The notes beneath the pieces were generated by a model. The model saw nothing but the letters and a program-made list of their open reading frames with translations, was not told the DNA's origin and made no database searches. The position numbers and the translations under genes were made by a program. Below, piece after piece: positions 17,482-28,067 of a stretch of 64,000 bases of DNA (its first letter is position 1; each line of letters begins with the position of its first letter). The stretch is from Candidatus Zixiibacteriota bacterium (GTDB lineage Bacteria > Zixibacteria > MSB-5A5 > UBA10806): positions 312,494-376,493 of the forward strand of contig CP070742.1 of NCBI GenBank assembly GCA_020348065.1. Direction: 5' to 3'.

Positions 17482-17829
17482 TAAAAAAAACCATGTGAGA
17501 ACAACAAAAGTCCCGGTACCGTAACTTCAAATCTTTCAATCAATTACCAGCCTCGAAGCACCTCACGCAAAGAGATCGCTCAAACAATATGCCGCTACTC
17601 TATATTAAATTACATTGTTATTTTTGATGATGTTTCATTTTAGCTATTTTTTTAAAAAATGACATCATTTATACTTTACTTTTATTGCCATCTTATTATT
17701 TAATTTATGGATATTTATTTTTAAACAAGATTTATAAGTCTCACAGCCTGTTAACCGTATCGCAGTCGTATTCCAATATATTCTATTTTTTTGCCGGCAT
17801 GAATCCGAAAATAATATTATAATTATATT

Positions 17830-18717
17830 TTATCTTCTTTTCATTTCTACAGTTAAGGGCGCCGCCTCTCCCATTTTATCCCGGCCCATATATAGCGTAA
17901 TATGCGGGAATGGTATTTCAATGTCCTGCTCATCGAACGCGATCTTCAAACGCCTGTTGAATTCACGTCCGATTCTCCATTGTTTGATAGGCTTGGTTTT
18001 GGTTCGGGCTTTAATAATTATGGCCGAATCCCCGAATTGATCCAGGCCGAGAACCTCGATTGGCTCCATAATATCATCAGAATATTCAGGATCATTTCGG
18101 AGACTCTCGTCTACCTTTTTTATAACCTCAACAACCTCGTCCACATTCTCCCGGTAAGCCACGCCGATATCGAATACGAACCTGGAATAATCCTGAGTCA
18201 TATTGGTTACGATATCAATCTGCCCGTTGCGGATGTAATGAACGTTGCCGGCGAGATCCCTCAGAACGGTCATACGCAGATTCACTTTTTCTACCAGTCC
18301 GCCCTTGCCGGCGGTCTGGACCACGTCCCCCACCCTTATCTGATCATCGATCAGGATGAAGAAACCGCTTATGATATCCTGTACCAGGTGCTGTGCTCCG
18401 AATCCTATGGCTACCCCGGCGATACCGGCCGCCGCAAGGATCGGTCCGATGGCGATTCCAAATTCGCCCAATATCATAACAAGGGCGATCCCCATAACGG
18501 TAGCGCTAAGAAGATAATTGAGGAGAGAGTTGAGCGTATCCAGCCGCTTCTTTGCCTCGGCTTCCTCAGCTTTTTTCTTAACGGTGGCGAGGATTTTGCC
18601 GGGGATAATTCTGACCAACTTTAAAGCGATTAATGTAATTATGACGATTACGACAATTCTCAGTCCGCTGGAAAGAAACCAATCTACAGCGCGATCCAAT
18701 AAAGCCTGAAATTCCAT
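17830..18717 (-). CDS. Small-conductance mechanosensitive channel (MscS family)
   Basis: 295 aa with N-terminal TM helices. The segment GFGAQHLVQDIISGFFILIDDQIRVGDVV is the MscS TM3/beta-domain hallmark. Confidence 0.85.
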   Translation of the reverse strand: MEFQALLDRAVDWFLSSGLRIVVIVIITLIALKLVRIIPGKILATVKKKAEEAEAKKRLDTLNSLLNYLLSATVMGIALVMILGEFGIAIGPILAAAGIAGVAIGFGAQHLVQDIISGFFILIDDQIRVGDVVQTAGKGGLVEKVNLRMTVLRDLAGNVHYIRNGQIDIVTNMTQDYSRFVFDIGVAYRENVDEVVEVIKKVDESLRNDPEYSDDIMEPIEVLGLDQFGDSAIIIKARTKTKPIKQWRIGREFNRRLKIAFDEQDIEIPFPHITLYMGRDKMGEAAPLTVEMKRR

Positions 18718-18760
18718 GGTACCCTCCTGAAGTTTATTTCATATTTAAGTATCTTCTTAT

Positions 18761-20554
18761 TTAAAATGCCTGCCCCATTCCAAGATACAATTTCCCGGAT
18801 GCTTCATCAGCCCCGGGGTCCACGTTGAATCCGTAGTCAAGACGCGCTATTCCTATGGGTGAGTTCAGTCTCAAGCCTAATCCTACGTCAAAACGGATAT
18901 CCTTCAAATGGGCAGATTTGATATTCGTCCATACGTCTCCGGCGTCGATAAATACCGCGCCGCCGAAGATCTTATATATCGACCGGCGAAGCTCCAGTAC
19001 GTTCCAGACAATCTTAAACTTGCCCCCTATGGGTTCGCCTTCGGCATCTAGCGGGCCGACCAGCTGATACCCGAATCCCCGTAACGAGGTAGGCCCTCCC
19101 GAGTAGAATCGCTCGTTTAACGGGATTTCCTCGTCCGAACCGAATGAATCCATCCATCCGATTTCAAAGGCGGATCCCAGAACGGATTCCCTGCCAAGAG
19201 AGCGGAAATGCTTCGCTATCAAAATAGACCGGACAAAGGTATTCGATCCTTTCAGGAAACTTCCCGCCAGCTCGTTACTCCATGATAGATAGATACCTTT
19301 CTGTGAATTAAACAGGTTGTCCCTGGTATCATGAGACAATGCCAGTATAAGGCTTCTGATCCTGGGATCTATATCAAGTGCCTGTTCGCTTATCTTGATA
19401 TCGCTTAATTTTGTATTTTCAAAACGGTAACTTTGTGACAACTTCGTAAAGGGCGAGAGTTTTCTTCCGACTGTAATTTTCCCCCCATAGGTCCTGGCGT
19501 CGTATCCGGGCTCCTGGCGGAGTTGGAAAAATAGGTTCAGATCGGACTGCCATCGAGTGCCGAATGTCCAGGGATCTGAGAATGATGCCGCTATTCCCTG
19601 CTTGATGAAATTGGCCTCAACCGCGATCCCGGTTTTGCGGGCGGTTCCACGCAGGTTGCCGGTATTCAACTCGATGCGTCCCCTGATCCTCTCCACCGAA
19701 CCGTAGCCCAGCGAAACCGCAATTTCGCTCGATTCTTTTTCCCGAATTTCGATAAGGATATTCTTTTTTGTGGAATCGTTGACCGCATTGGGCACCGCCC
19801 TGATAAATACGCTTTCGAACAATCCGGTAAGATATAGACTTCGCTGAGAATTAAGGAGCCTGGAATATTTGATGTATTCCCCGGAACGAAATTGAAGTTC
19901 GCGCTTTACCACGTGACGCCTGGTTTTCTCCAGGCCGGTTACGGCGATGCTGTCAACCGCGGACCTGTATCTCTCCTTTATCAGGAAATCCACCATGGCG
20001 AGATGAGATTCGGAATTAACTTTTACTTCGGGCGTAACAGAAACGTCGATAAAACCATTTTCCGCGTACCTGGATAGAATTGACGATACCGCGTCCTCGA
20101 TCAACGGTCTTTTCAGGGGATCGTCGCGCCGTAACTTAATAAATGAAAGAACCATTGAGTCGGAGAAGAATTCGTTGCCGAATATAGTGATATCCTCGAT
20201 CCGGGTTAGTTCGCCTTCCTTTATCCCGATCACAATATTAACACTATTATCAACTGTATCGATCGAGAGGGAGGTGTCCGCGAGGGCGGCTTCAAGGTAG
20301 CCGTTTTGACGATAAAACATAATAACATTGTTTAAATCATCCTCGAAGATCTCCGGATGGAATTTTGACGGCGAAAGGAAAGCGGCCTGCCGGGTCAGCA
20401 TCAAACCCTTAAGTCTACCTTCCGTATAGGCCGAATTCCCCTCGAATCTCACCGACCGAACGGAAACCTTCTCAGAAGCGTTTCCGCATGCCTGATTCGC
20501 TCCCAACGTCAACAACGCGGAAATGATAACAATGCCAAATCTTACGCGACTCAT
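18761..20554 (-). CDS. tamA: Omp85-family outer-membrane protein, TamA-like (POTRA + beta-barrel)
   Basis: 597 aa with a signal peptide, POTRA-like N-terminal repeats and an Omp85 barrel ending LGMGQAF. Its start overlaps the tamB stop (ATGA). Confidence 0.7.
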   Translation of the reverse strand: MSRVRFGIVIISALLTLGANQACGNASEKVSVRSVRFEGNSAYTEGRLKGLMLTRQAAFLSPSKFHPEIFEDDLNNVIMFYRQNGYLEAALADTSLSIDTVDNSVNIVIGIKEGELTRIEDITIFGNEFFSDSMVLSFIKLRRDDPLKRPLIEDAVSSILSRYAENGFIDVSVTPEVKVNSESHLAMVDFLIKERYRSAVDSIAVTGLEKTRRHVVKRELQFRSGEYIKYSRLLNSQRSLYLTGLFESVFIRAVPNAVNDSTKKNILIEIREKESSEIAVSLGYGSVERIRGRIELNTGNLRGTARKTGIAVEANFIKQGIAASFSDPWTFGTRWQSDLNLFFQLRQEPGYDARTYGGKITVGRKLSPFTKLSQSYRFENTKLSDIKISEQALDIDPRIRSLILALSHDTRDNLFNSQKGIYLSWSNELAGSFLKGSNTFVRSILIAKHFRSLGRESVLGSAFEIGWMDSFGSDEEIPLNERFYSGGPTSLRGFGYQLVGPLDAEGEPIGGKFKIVWNVLELRRSIYKIFGGAVFIDAGDVWTNIKSAHLKDIRFDVGLGLRLNSPIGIARLDYGFNVDPGADEASGKLYLGMGQAF

Positions 20555-23500
20555 TTGAATTTCAGCCCGTATCTTAGATCGATTCCCGACCTTCCCGCCT
20601 GGTCGGTCTCTCCCTGGATTGAAAGGCGGGGCGTCAACTTATATCCCAATCGGACTCCCTGATCGTTGAGATGACCCACCGTAGTGGAATAAGTCAATTC
20701 AACCCTTTTCGAAATGCGCCGTGACGCAACCAGGCGCGGCCCCCAGGAATCGTCGAATCTAAAGAGATTACCCTCGACGGTAAATTCATCAAAGCCGAAC
20801 ATGGAACCCACCTTATCAGAGATAAAACCCGAAATCCTGTTACTGGTAAGCCCGGCCGCCCTTTCTACCAGGGCGTTTTTGACGCCGCCGCTCTGAGCCT
20901 CTTCCCTGCCTGTTAAACTGGACCGCGTGGCCCCCAGAGTCAACAGGGCGATAATATCGGATTTATCCAGCGGAGGTTCCGAATATATATCGGGGCGGAG
21001 GTTTTCAAGGTCGCCCTCGACTTTGATATGAATTACATACTTTTGCGCGACAGTTCTTTGATATTCGGTTACCTGCGTTTTCGCATGCAGCATTATATCG
21101 GGATTTAATTTTAACGGATCGCTTAAATATAAATTTCCTTCTTCGTTTTTGAATCGCCGATCAAGATAAATAAGGTATCCCTCTTCAACTCTCACAAGCC
21201 CTGAAATATTCGGCCTGACAGGTGTCCCGATAATACCCAGTTCCGCTTTCATCCTGATATTGGCAAGATTGTTATCGATCCACAGATCGTCGTTTTCGCG
21301 AAAGCGCACATTCAACCGAGTGCGGGCAATTATATCGGGCAGCTCATATTCAACTGTCTCGACCGACCGCGCCCACGGCAATATTGACTTAAGGGGAAAT
21401 TTCGCCGTAAGTCTTGATTCACCAAGACTTATATCACCATCAAGAAAATACTGATCCTCTTTTCGGCCGTAATTAAGGTCCGCGGACTGCAGCTTTGCTT
21501 TGAAAATATCGGCCTTTTCATAGGAAATATTGGAGGCCTTAAGGATCAGGTTAATATCTGTCAGCGCTCCGGCGTCATGGACCAGGTATCCCGATACAAC
21601 CATAGAACCCCCGTTAATATCAGCATACAATGAATCTATATCTACGCGAGTCCTGTCGAACCTGGCATCCAGTAATCCGGATTTGATGTTGGCGGATAAT
21701 TCCGACGAAAGAAGCGAAAAATCGGAGACTTTAATAAATCCCGTAATCCCTGGCATAGCCAATTTACCGCTGATATGTACTTCAGATTTTAAATCCCCCC
21801 CCAGAGAATCCGCCATTGTTAAAAAGGGTCTCAGGATCTCCAGATCGAAATTATCGGAAAATATTCTTAAATCCAGACTATCTTTCAGGACCCTTCCCCC
21901 TACCGAAAGCAAAACTATATTATGAACGCTTAAATCGGCGAATATATCGTAGTCTTCGGGGAATTTGTATTTTACGGCCCCCTTGACCGACAAAGGCGTG
22001 CCTGATGAGTAACATGAAGCGCTGTCGATAGTCAATAATGAATCGCTCAGGTTTAGACGCAGGTGAATTTTATCCAGGGCGTTTGAGGCCTCCGTATATT
22101 TCAAATACCCATCGGTTATATCCACCCGACCCTCAAGACCGGGATTCTTTCTGGTACCGTCCCAGGTCATATTAGCGGATGCTTTCCCCGCTAATGCCCC
22201 GGTTGGTGTTACGTACGGTTGGAGAATTGACAGATCCAGGTTTTCCATGGCCATCTCGCCCGAGATCGCCGATTCGTCCCCCCAAATCAGGGTGTTGTCG
22301 GAGTCGCGATCAAGATAGATATCGGTATTGGCGTATATAGAATTGCCGTAAGCGAACAATCGGAATTTTTCCAGACGCAAATAATCGTCGTCGAGTTCGG
22401 CCGCGACGATAACCGAATCAATTTCATACGATGGGTGACTTATAGAATACGCGGAGGCCGATAGACTGCCAGCCGGATTGGCGAGGCTGCCCTCGAAATT
22501 CAGTCTGAGGTTCAGGAAACCTTTATCCGGAGCGTCAACCGCGAATAAAGATTTCAACAATCCCACCCAGACAGTATCGCATTTTATATTATATTTAAAA
22601 TTATTATCGCCCGATAAACCAAACTCGGTACTTATGATACCACGCTTGACCATTTCAATATTGACTCTTGATTCCCTCTCCTCGATAAAATTGCTATCAG
22701 CAGTGATAGAAAATATATTCGTTTTCAGGTTACCTTTCGCGGAAACGGTATCATACGACCCCGAAGACCTAAAAACAATATCCCTGAAATAAACGTTAAG
22801 ACTGTCGAGATCGACATTCGAACCGCGGACGGTGGCGGCCGCAAACGCTGAATCGACGGTATAACCCGGGTATTCCAGGGAGACAATTTTCACCGAAAGC
22901 TCGCCATCCAGATAATCCATCGATCCCCGAACGTCGCAGCTATATTCGAACTCGCCATAAAGGGAGTCTACACCGAGAATATTTTGGTGCATGGCGCTAT
23001 CAGGTCGCCTGCCCGATAATTTTAAAGAGTTTATAATAATGCTGCTATCTCGGTATTGTATATCACCTGTTAAATTATCTACGGGGAAATTTTGATACGA
23101 TATCTTATCTCCCTTTAAACGAATCTTTACGAGAGGATTTTCCGTAGATCCGCCGAATGTTCCTTCCGCGATGATATTTCCTTTCAAATCCGGGATATTA
23201 GCGAAGCGGGAAATGGAGGAGATCTCCGGAATATCGGCGTAAAATTCGCCTTCCATATTTCCGTTTTTTAATACCGCGGCCGTTCTTATCGTATCTTTGT
23301 CATGAACCAGCGTCATCTGAGCCGTATCGTTCAGGACTGAAAATTTCAGGCCGAGATCCGCCGCCGGCCGATCCTGATATCGCAGATTAGAAATATCCAG
23401 TCTTCCATTAATGTCCCAACCCGAGATATTATTAACCTTGCCTTTCGCCCGAACAGAGCCGTTTAAATTTCCACCAAACGGTGATTCGCTTTTGTAAATT

Positions 23501-24606
23501 GCCCCCCACAATTCAGACATTTCTATGTTTTCAATCCGCAAATCCACGTCTGTTGTGGCTGTATCCTCCAACGATATAAAACCACGAGCCCAAATATCGC
23601 CGCCCAGCGATTTCACCGTCGCCGTATCGACGCTGACCATATTTGAAGAATACCGAGCATAGAGCCGCAAAGTATCCAGATCTATATTTTCGACCCGGCT
23701 TTTGCCTGATGTTATACGAAGCGCAATTTCCGGTTCTTTGATACTTCCTCGGGCTTCGGCGCTGATTATAATATCATCGACTTCGACCGGGGGAAGCTCA
23801 TATCTCTTTTTGAGAATTTTAAGAACGTTTGTGGGATTGCCCTCAAAAGTGCCGTTCAAAAACAGCCCGTCAAGTTCGGGTATACGAAGAGAGACTCCGG
23901 CATTTAGTTTAATGTCCTCTATATCGGCAGTCGATGTTACCGACAACTTCTCGCCGTCCCATATGAAATCACATTGCAATTTCCTCATGAGAAACGGCTC
24001 GCCCTCATAACGAGCGATAACGCTATCGGTGCACAGCATGCCATCGTATTCGGCTTTGCCACGTCCGTTTATATGCGATGACAGATTATACAGATTGATA
24101 TCAACCGGTATCCGTTTATCACTATAGATCGCGTTAACCTGACTTAAAAGCATTTTATCAATGGATATGGAAACTGAAGTTCCCTCCTCATCAGGCGCTG
24201 TTTTTTCCGCTGTATCGAGCATTGGAATACCATAATTGCCGAGGCTATCCACGGAAATATTAAGATTTACATTGTCGATAACAGCGGATTTGAGATTGGT
24301 ATCACCGAAGAGCAGATCGAAAATCGAGTAGGTCACCTTTATCTTATTAATATAAAGCAACGAATCAGAATTGGAGGATATCGGGGAAATAACGGTTATT
24401 TCATCCAGCTGAATCCTCGAAAACAGGTTGGTCTCGAATCTCCCTATTGTTACCGATAATCCTGATTTCGAGTTAATTGTCTTAACGAGCTGGCCTTTTA
24501 TAATATTTTCTCCGGGCGAACCCGAAAAGAACAATAATGTCAGGACTATCAGTCCGGCGATGGTTGCGGCAAAAATAGAAATGATCTTTAAAATTCGTTT
24601 CGACAT
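20551..24606 (-). CDS. tamB: Translocation and assembly module protein TamB (DUF490 C-terminus)
   Basis: 1351 aa with a single N-terminal TM anchor and a long beta-rich repetitive body. C-terminus (GPRLVASRRISKRVELTYST...LGYKLTPRLSIQGE) is TamB/DUF490-like. Position upstream of tamA is canonical. Confidence 0.75.
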   Translation of the reverse strand: MSKRILKIISIFAATIAGLIVLTLLFFSGSPGENIIKGQLVKTINSKSGLSVTIGRFETNLFSRIQLDEITVISPISSNSDSLLYINKIKVTYSIFDLLFGDTNLKSAVIDNVNLNISVDSLGNYGIPMLDTAEKTAPDEEGTSVSISIDKMLLSQVNAIYSDKRIPVDINLYNLSSHINGRGKAEYDGMLCTDSVIARYEGEPFLMRKLQCDFIWDGEKLSVTSTADIEDIKLNAGVSLRIPELDGLFLNGTFEGNPTNVLKILKKRYELPPVEVDDIIISAEARGSIKEPEIALRITSGKSRVENIDLDTLRLYARYSSNMVSVDTATVKSLGGDIWARGFISLEDTATTDVDLRIENIEMSELWGAIYKSESPFGGNLNGSVRAKGKVNNISGWDINGRLDISNLRYQDRPAADLGLKFSVLNDTAQMTLVHDKDTIRTAAVLKNGNMEGEFYADIPEISSISRFANIPDLKGNIIAEGTFGGSTENPLVKIRLKGDKISYQNFPVDNLTGDIQYRDSSIIINSLKLSGRRPDSAMHQNILGVDSLYGEFEYSCDVRGSMDYLDGELSVKIVSLEYPGYTVDSAFAAATVRGSNVDLDSLNVYFRDIVFRSSGSYDTVSAKGNLKTNIFSITADSNFIEERESRVNIEMVKRGIISTEFGLSGDNNFKYNIKCDTVWVGLLKSLFAVDAPDKGFLNLRLNFEGSLANPAGSLSASAYSISHPSYEIDSVIVAAELDDDYLRLEKFRLFAYGNSIYANTDIYLDRDSDNTLIWGDESAISGEMAMENLDLSILQPYVTPTGALAGKASANMTWDGTRKNPGLEGRVDITDGYLKYTEASNALDKIHLRLNLSDSLLTIDSASCYSSGTPLSVKGAVKYKFPEDYDIFADLSVHNIVLLSVGGRVLKDSLDLRIFSDNFDLEILRPFLTMADSLGGDLKSEVHISGKLAMPGITGFIKVSDFSLLSSELSANIKSGLLDARFDRTRVDIDSLYADINGGSMVVSGYLVHDAGALTDINLILKASNISYEKADIFKAKLQSADLNYGRKEDQYFLDGDISLGESRLTAKFPLKSILPWARSVETVEYELPDIIARTRLNVRFRENDDLWIDNNLANIRMKAELGIIGTPVRPNISGLVRVEEGYLIYLDRRFKNEEGNLYLSDPLKLNPDIMLHAKTQVTEYQRTVAQKYVIHIKVEGDLENLRPDIYSEPPLDKSDIIALLTLGATRSSLTGREEAQSGGVKNALVERAAGLTSNRISGFISDKVGSMFGFDEFTVEGNLFRFDDSWGPRLVASRRISKRVELTYSTTVGHLNDQGVRLGYKLTPRLSIQGETDQAGRSGIDLRYGLKFK

Positions 24607-24657
24607 GTTGGTATTATGCTGAAATCAGGCTGTATTTTTCTATATCCGCAATACCGA

Positions 24658-25740
24658 TCACAGCCATTTTTTTCTTTTGAAGAACCAAAGAAGTCCCCCC
24701 GCCACAATTATCACAAGCCCCCAGAAAAAGAGATAGCCGTAACGGAAACCCAGTTCGGGCAAATTAAAGGGACTTATGCCGGTATCGAAATTCATTCCGT
24801 AGACCCCTGCCAGGAATCCCAGCGGGATAAATATGGTGGTAAATACGGTAAGGACTTTCATGACTTCGTTCATGCGATTGCTTACGCCGGTATGATAAAG
24901 GTCCAGCAATCCGGAAACCATGTCACGATAAGTTTCCACGGTATCGATAACCTGGATGATGTGCTCGTATAAATCCCTGAGGAATGGTTCGGTCGAGGGA
25001 TTGATAAGTTTGGATTCGGTCCGCTCCAGGCCGCTTATAACCTCGCGCAGAGGCCACAACGCCTTGCGCATAAATATCAGCCTCTTTTTAAGACTTCTAA
25101 TGATTTCTAGGCTTTCCATAGTGGGATTTTCGGAAATTTCGTCCTCCAGTTTCTCGATTTCCTCCCCAAAACTCTCCAGTATTACAAAATAGTTATCTAC
25201 AACCGCGTCTATAAGGGCGTAGGCCAGATAATCCGATGTCATGAATCGCACCCTGGGCACTGTTCTCTTAATTCTTTGCCGAACCAGGTCGAAAACGTCC
25301 TCACCGGTCTCTTGAAAGGTTATTGCCCAGGTAGAACCGAACAGTACGCTCACCTGCTCGGCTTTCAATCCATCATCTTCCTTGCCCTGATAAAGCATCT
25401 TCATGACCACCAAAAGATAATCCCCGGCATCCTCCATCTTGGGACGTTGACCGGTGTTGACAATATCCTCAAGTACGAGAGGATGCATACCAAAATGGGA
25501 CCCGATTTGTTCGACCATCTGGGGTTCATGGATGCCGTCCACATTTATCCAGCTGATGGTCGGGCTGTCCTTAAAAGGAAAACACTCTTCTACCGTGGTG
25601 GCGATCTTTTCCTGGTATTCCCTCTCGGTGTAATCGATTATGTTTATATTGACTTTTTCGGTACGCTCCGCCCCCACATAAACAACGCTTCCCGGCTTAA
25701 GCCCGAGCTTTTTCGATACTCTACTCACCCGCTTTGCCAT
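24658..25740 (-). CDS. corA: Magnesium/cobalt transporter CorA
   Basis: 360 aa. YGMNF motif (AGVYGMNFD) followed by the second C-terminal TM helix and a basic end. Confidence 0.85.
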   Translation of the reverse strand: MAKRVSRVSKKLGLKPGSVVYVGAERTEKVNINIIDYTEREYQEKIATTVEECFPFKDSPTISWINVDGIHEPQMVEQIGSHFGMHPLVLEDIVNTGQRPKMEDAGDYLLVVMKMLYQGKEDDGLKAEQVSVLFGSTWAITFQETGEDVFDLVRQRIKRTVPRVRFMTSDYLAYALIDAVVDNYFVILESFGEEIEKLEDEISENPTMESLEIIRSLKKRLIFMRKALWPLREVISGLERTESKLINPSTEPFLRDLYEHIIQVIDTVETYRDMVSGLLDLYHTGVSNRMNEVMKVLTVFTTIFIPLGFLAGVYGMNFDTGISPFNLPELGFRYGYLFFWGLVIIVAGGLLWFFKRKKWL

Positions 25741-25792
25741 GGTCTACGTCTCCTTTAATATTTTACCTGCCGTCCCGGCGTTTATAGCTATC

Positions 25793-26836
25793 TTATGAGT
25801 TACGAATTACTATGCCGCGAAGAAGCCTGCCCAGAATGTCCGCGCCGGTAATAATCTGTTTCTTATCGCTCCAGAGCAATATAATGTCTTTATCGATCAC
25901 GTCATCATCATGGGATTTGGGATCGACTTTTAATTGAGGCAATATTTCTCCCAGAGTCCGCATATCGTCATATACAATTATGGGGAGATGGCAATAATTC
26001 AGCGGGTTGCACTCCCCCGACTCAAAAATCAATGCCCGGAGAAAACCGTCCGCGTCCAATACAAATGCAGGCTTTTCATACCGGTCGGTGATGACAACCC
26101 ATTTTTTTCCCGATTTCTGTATCTTTTGTATAAAAGGATTATCAGCTGATCTCTCAAATTTCGGAAATACCGGCATATTGTTTTCTATTGCCAGCGATAT
26201 GATGCTTTCCGGATCGATAAATTCGCCCTCCTGTGAAACAGGAAGATCATCCAGAGCCAGGAAATTAAGGGCGCCGAAACCCTCCAGCCTGTCAATATCA
26301 ACATCATCCGCTTCGACATGTTTCTTGATCACTTCGCGCAGTTGATGTTCCCTGAAAAACTGTATGCCTTCACGCCCCAGCAGCCGGTCAAGAAAAAAAG
26401 CTGTGGGTTTCGCTATCGGATATAGAACAATCTGATATAACCTGATAACGGGAGCCAGCAGCGATCCCATGCGTAAAGCGTGACGCGAAAAATAGGCCTG
26501 TGGGATAATTTCTCCGATTAGAGTAATAATAAATGTCGAAAACATGAAAGCGTATAACCCCGCCAGCAGTGAATTTGACAGGATCGCCAGAAGAGTGTTG
26601 AAAGCAACGTTTCCCCAGAGAATCGTGGTTAATAGAAAATGTGAATCCTGCCTTAGCTTTAAAATCCGTTCCGCTGATTTGTTACCGCCTGAAACTTCGA
26701 CTTCCAGTCGCAACCTGGTTACCCCGAACAGCGCCAGGTTCAAACCTGAAAACATGCCCGAATGCAAAATGCAAATGCCGATCCCTATCCAGGTTATGAT
26801 TGTCACTTTAGCTGTCACCCTTTTCACGTTCGGCAA
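25793..26836 (-). CDS. DUF21/CNNM-domain membrane protein (CorC/CNNM-type divalent-cation transport mediator family)
   Basis: 347 aa. The N-terminal 4-TM DUF21 pattern (GLNLALFGVTRLRLEVE...TILWGNVAFNTLL...GEIIPQAY) is clear. The C-terminal cytoplasmic part is diverged. Confidence 0.65.
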   Translation of the reverse strand: MPNVKRVTAKVTIITWIGIGICILHSGMFSGLNLALFGVTRLRLEVEVSGGNKSAERILKLRQDSHFLLTTILWGNVAFNTLLAILSNSLLAGLYAFMFSTFIITLIGEIIPQAYFSRHALRMGSLLAPVIRLYQIVLYPIAKPTAFFLDRLLGREGIQFFREHQLREVIKKHVEADDVDIDRLEGFGALNFLALDDLPVSQEGEFIDPESIISLAIENNMPVFPKFERSADNPFIQKIQKSGKKWVVITDRYEKPAFVLDADGFLRALIFESGECNPLNYCHLPIIVYDDMRTLGEILPQLKVDPKSHDDDVIDKDIILLWSDKKQIITGADILGRLLRGIVIRNS

Positions 26837-27854
26837 TATATTCGGATAACCGCTCCAGCCGGGTTTTGATTGTATTCATTTCGAGCTTGCGGCCCGCCTT
26901 CCCGGATTCGTCCGATTCGCCGTTAGGATCCGACCTCAATCTCTCCAGTTCCTTCTGCAATTCTTCCTTTCTAATTCTCAGCTTTTCTATCGATTCCGCC
27001 TCTTCCGCTTTATCAAACATGACCTTTTCCGGAATCTCTTCAACTTCGGGTACGGATATAATTTCAGCGGCCGGCGACGGGATAAACCTCTTTTCGGCAG
27101 GTATCACGCGCTGGTTCATAAAAGAGGGCGATACGATTTCTATGCCGCCGGCGTGCAATTGATCCAGAATCATCTCGCGTAATTTTGAGCGGCAGGTAAG
27201 AACGCTTTTTACCTCGGTAAGAAGACCCGCGACACGGTAGGTCACCGAAAAATCTCCCAGTTCCGTCACATGCACAAACGGATCCTCCAGACCGGCGCCC
27301 TCCGCCGCCGAAAGAAGCAAGCGGTCCACCTTTTTTCTTTGAATGTCATAACCCAGCGATACTTCGGCCGTTATAAGCGTACCGGAAGATCGAATGACCT
27401 TTACGGGATTCGTAACCAGATACAGGTTCGGCAGAGTGCTAAGATCACGTTCCTCGGTCTGAATCTCGATATGAAAAAGTCCCCTCTCGGAAACCCTCCC
27501 GAAATGTTCCCCGACCCGAATGAAATCGCCCGGCCGAAAATTCTTTATGGCTCGAAGCATCAGGCCCGCCAGAATATTCCCCAGTAACGTTGTCGCCGAT
27601 AAGGCTATAGTGGCGCTTAGCAATAATCCCAGAAGGCTCAACAGTTGCCCGGTGGTAGATTCACTCACCGGAAGCGCGATAATTATAGCGATCAATCCCG
27701 CCAGGGAAAGGAATAGGGTAATAATTTGCAGTCGAAATCGATGCCCGGAATATTTCGCGAAACGTCTATTTAAAATAAAGCGCACCGCCGCCATTAAAAT
27801 TACGACAATCGCTACGGTAATTCCGGTGGGAATCAGATTATTTAGATCATACAA
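26808..27854 (-). CDS. MscS-family mechanosensitive channel with charged coiled-coil C-terminal extension
   Basis: 348 aa with 3 TM helices, then FRPGDFIRVGEHFGRVSERGLFHIEIQTEE (MscS beta domain). Overlaps the next gene by 29 nt. Confidence 0.75.
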   Translation of the reverse strand: MYDLNNLIPTGITVAIVVILMAAVRFILNRRFAKYSGHRFRLQIITLFLSLAGLIAIIIALPVSESTTGQLLSLLGLLLSATIALSATTLLGNILAGLMLRAIKNFRPGDFIRVGEHFGRVSERGLFHIEIQTEERDLSTLPNLYLVTNPVKVIRSSGTLITAEVSLGYDIQRKKVDRLLLSAAEGAGLEDPFVHVTELGDFSVTYRVAGLLTEVKSVLTCRSKLREMILDQLHAGGIEIVSPSFMNQRVIPAEKRFIPSPAAEIISVPEVEEIPEKVMFDKAEEAESIEKLRIRKEELQKELERLRSDPNGESDESGKAGRKLEMNTIKTRLERLSEYIAEREKGDS

Positions 27855-28067
27855 AATTTACCGCCTGAAATAGGTTTCATACTTTCATCCGATCATTAAA
27901 TGTATCCTAGAGTCATTATATCCCTATATTACGCCCAAATTGACGTTGACCTGTATTCCCTCCCGATGTTAAAATAATAAAAAATATATATGTCGAGGTT
28001 GAAAATGACAATTAAAATATTATTCGATAGTATAGATTAATAATGGCAAAATCGGATTTGTCTTGAA

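Noticed and set aside
17902-18624. 240-aa plus-strand ORF
   Set aside because: It lies fully antisense to a clear MscS-family gene and has no motif or RBS.
27855-28067. Possible Mg2+ (M-box) riboswitch upstream of the MscS-CNNM-CorA operon
   Set aside because: I could not recognise conserved M-box helices by eye in this AT-rich spacer. This is left as a computational check only.
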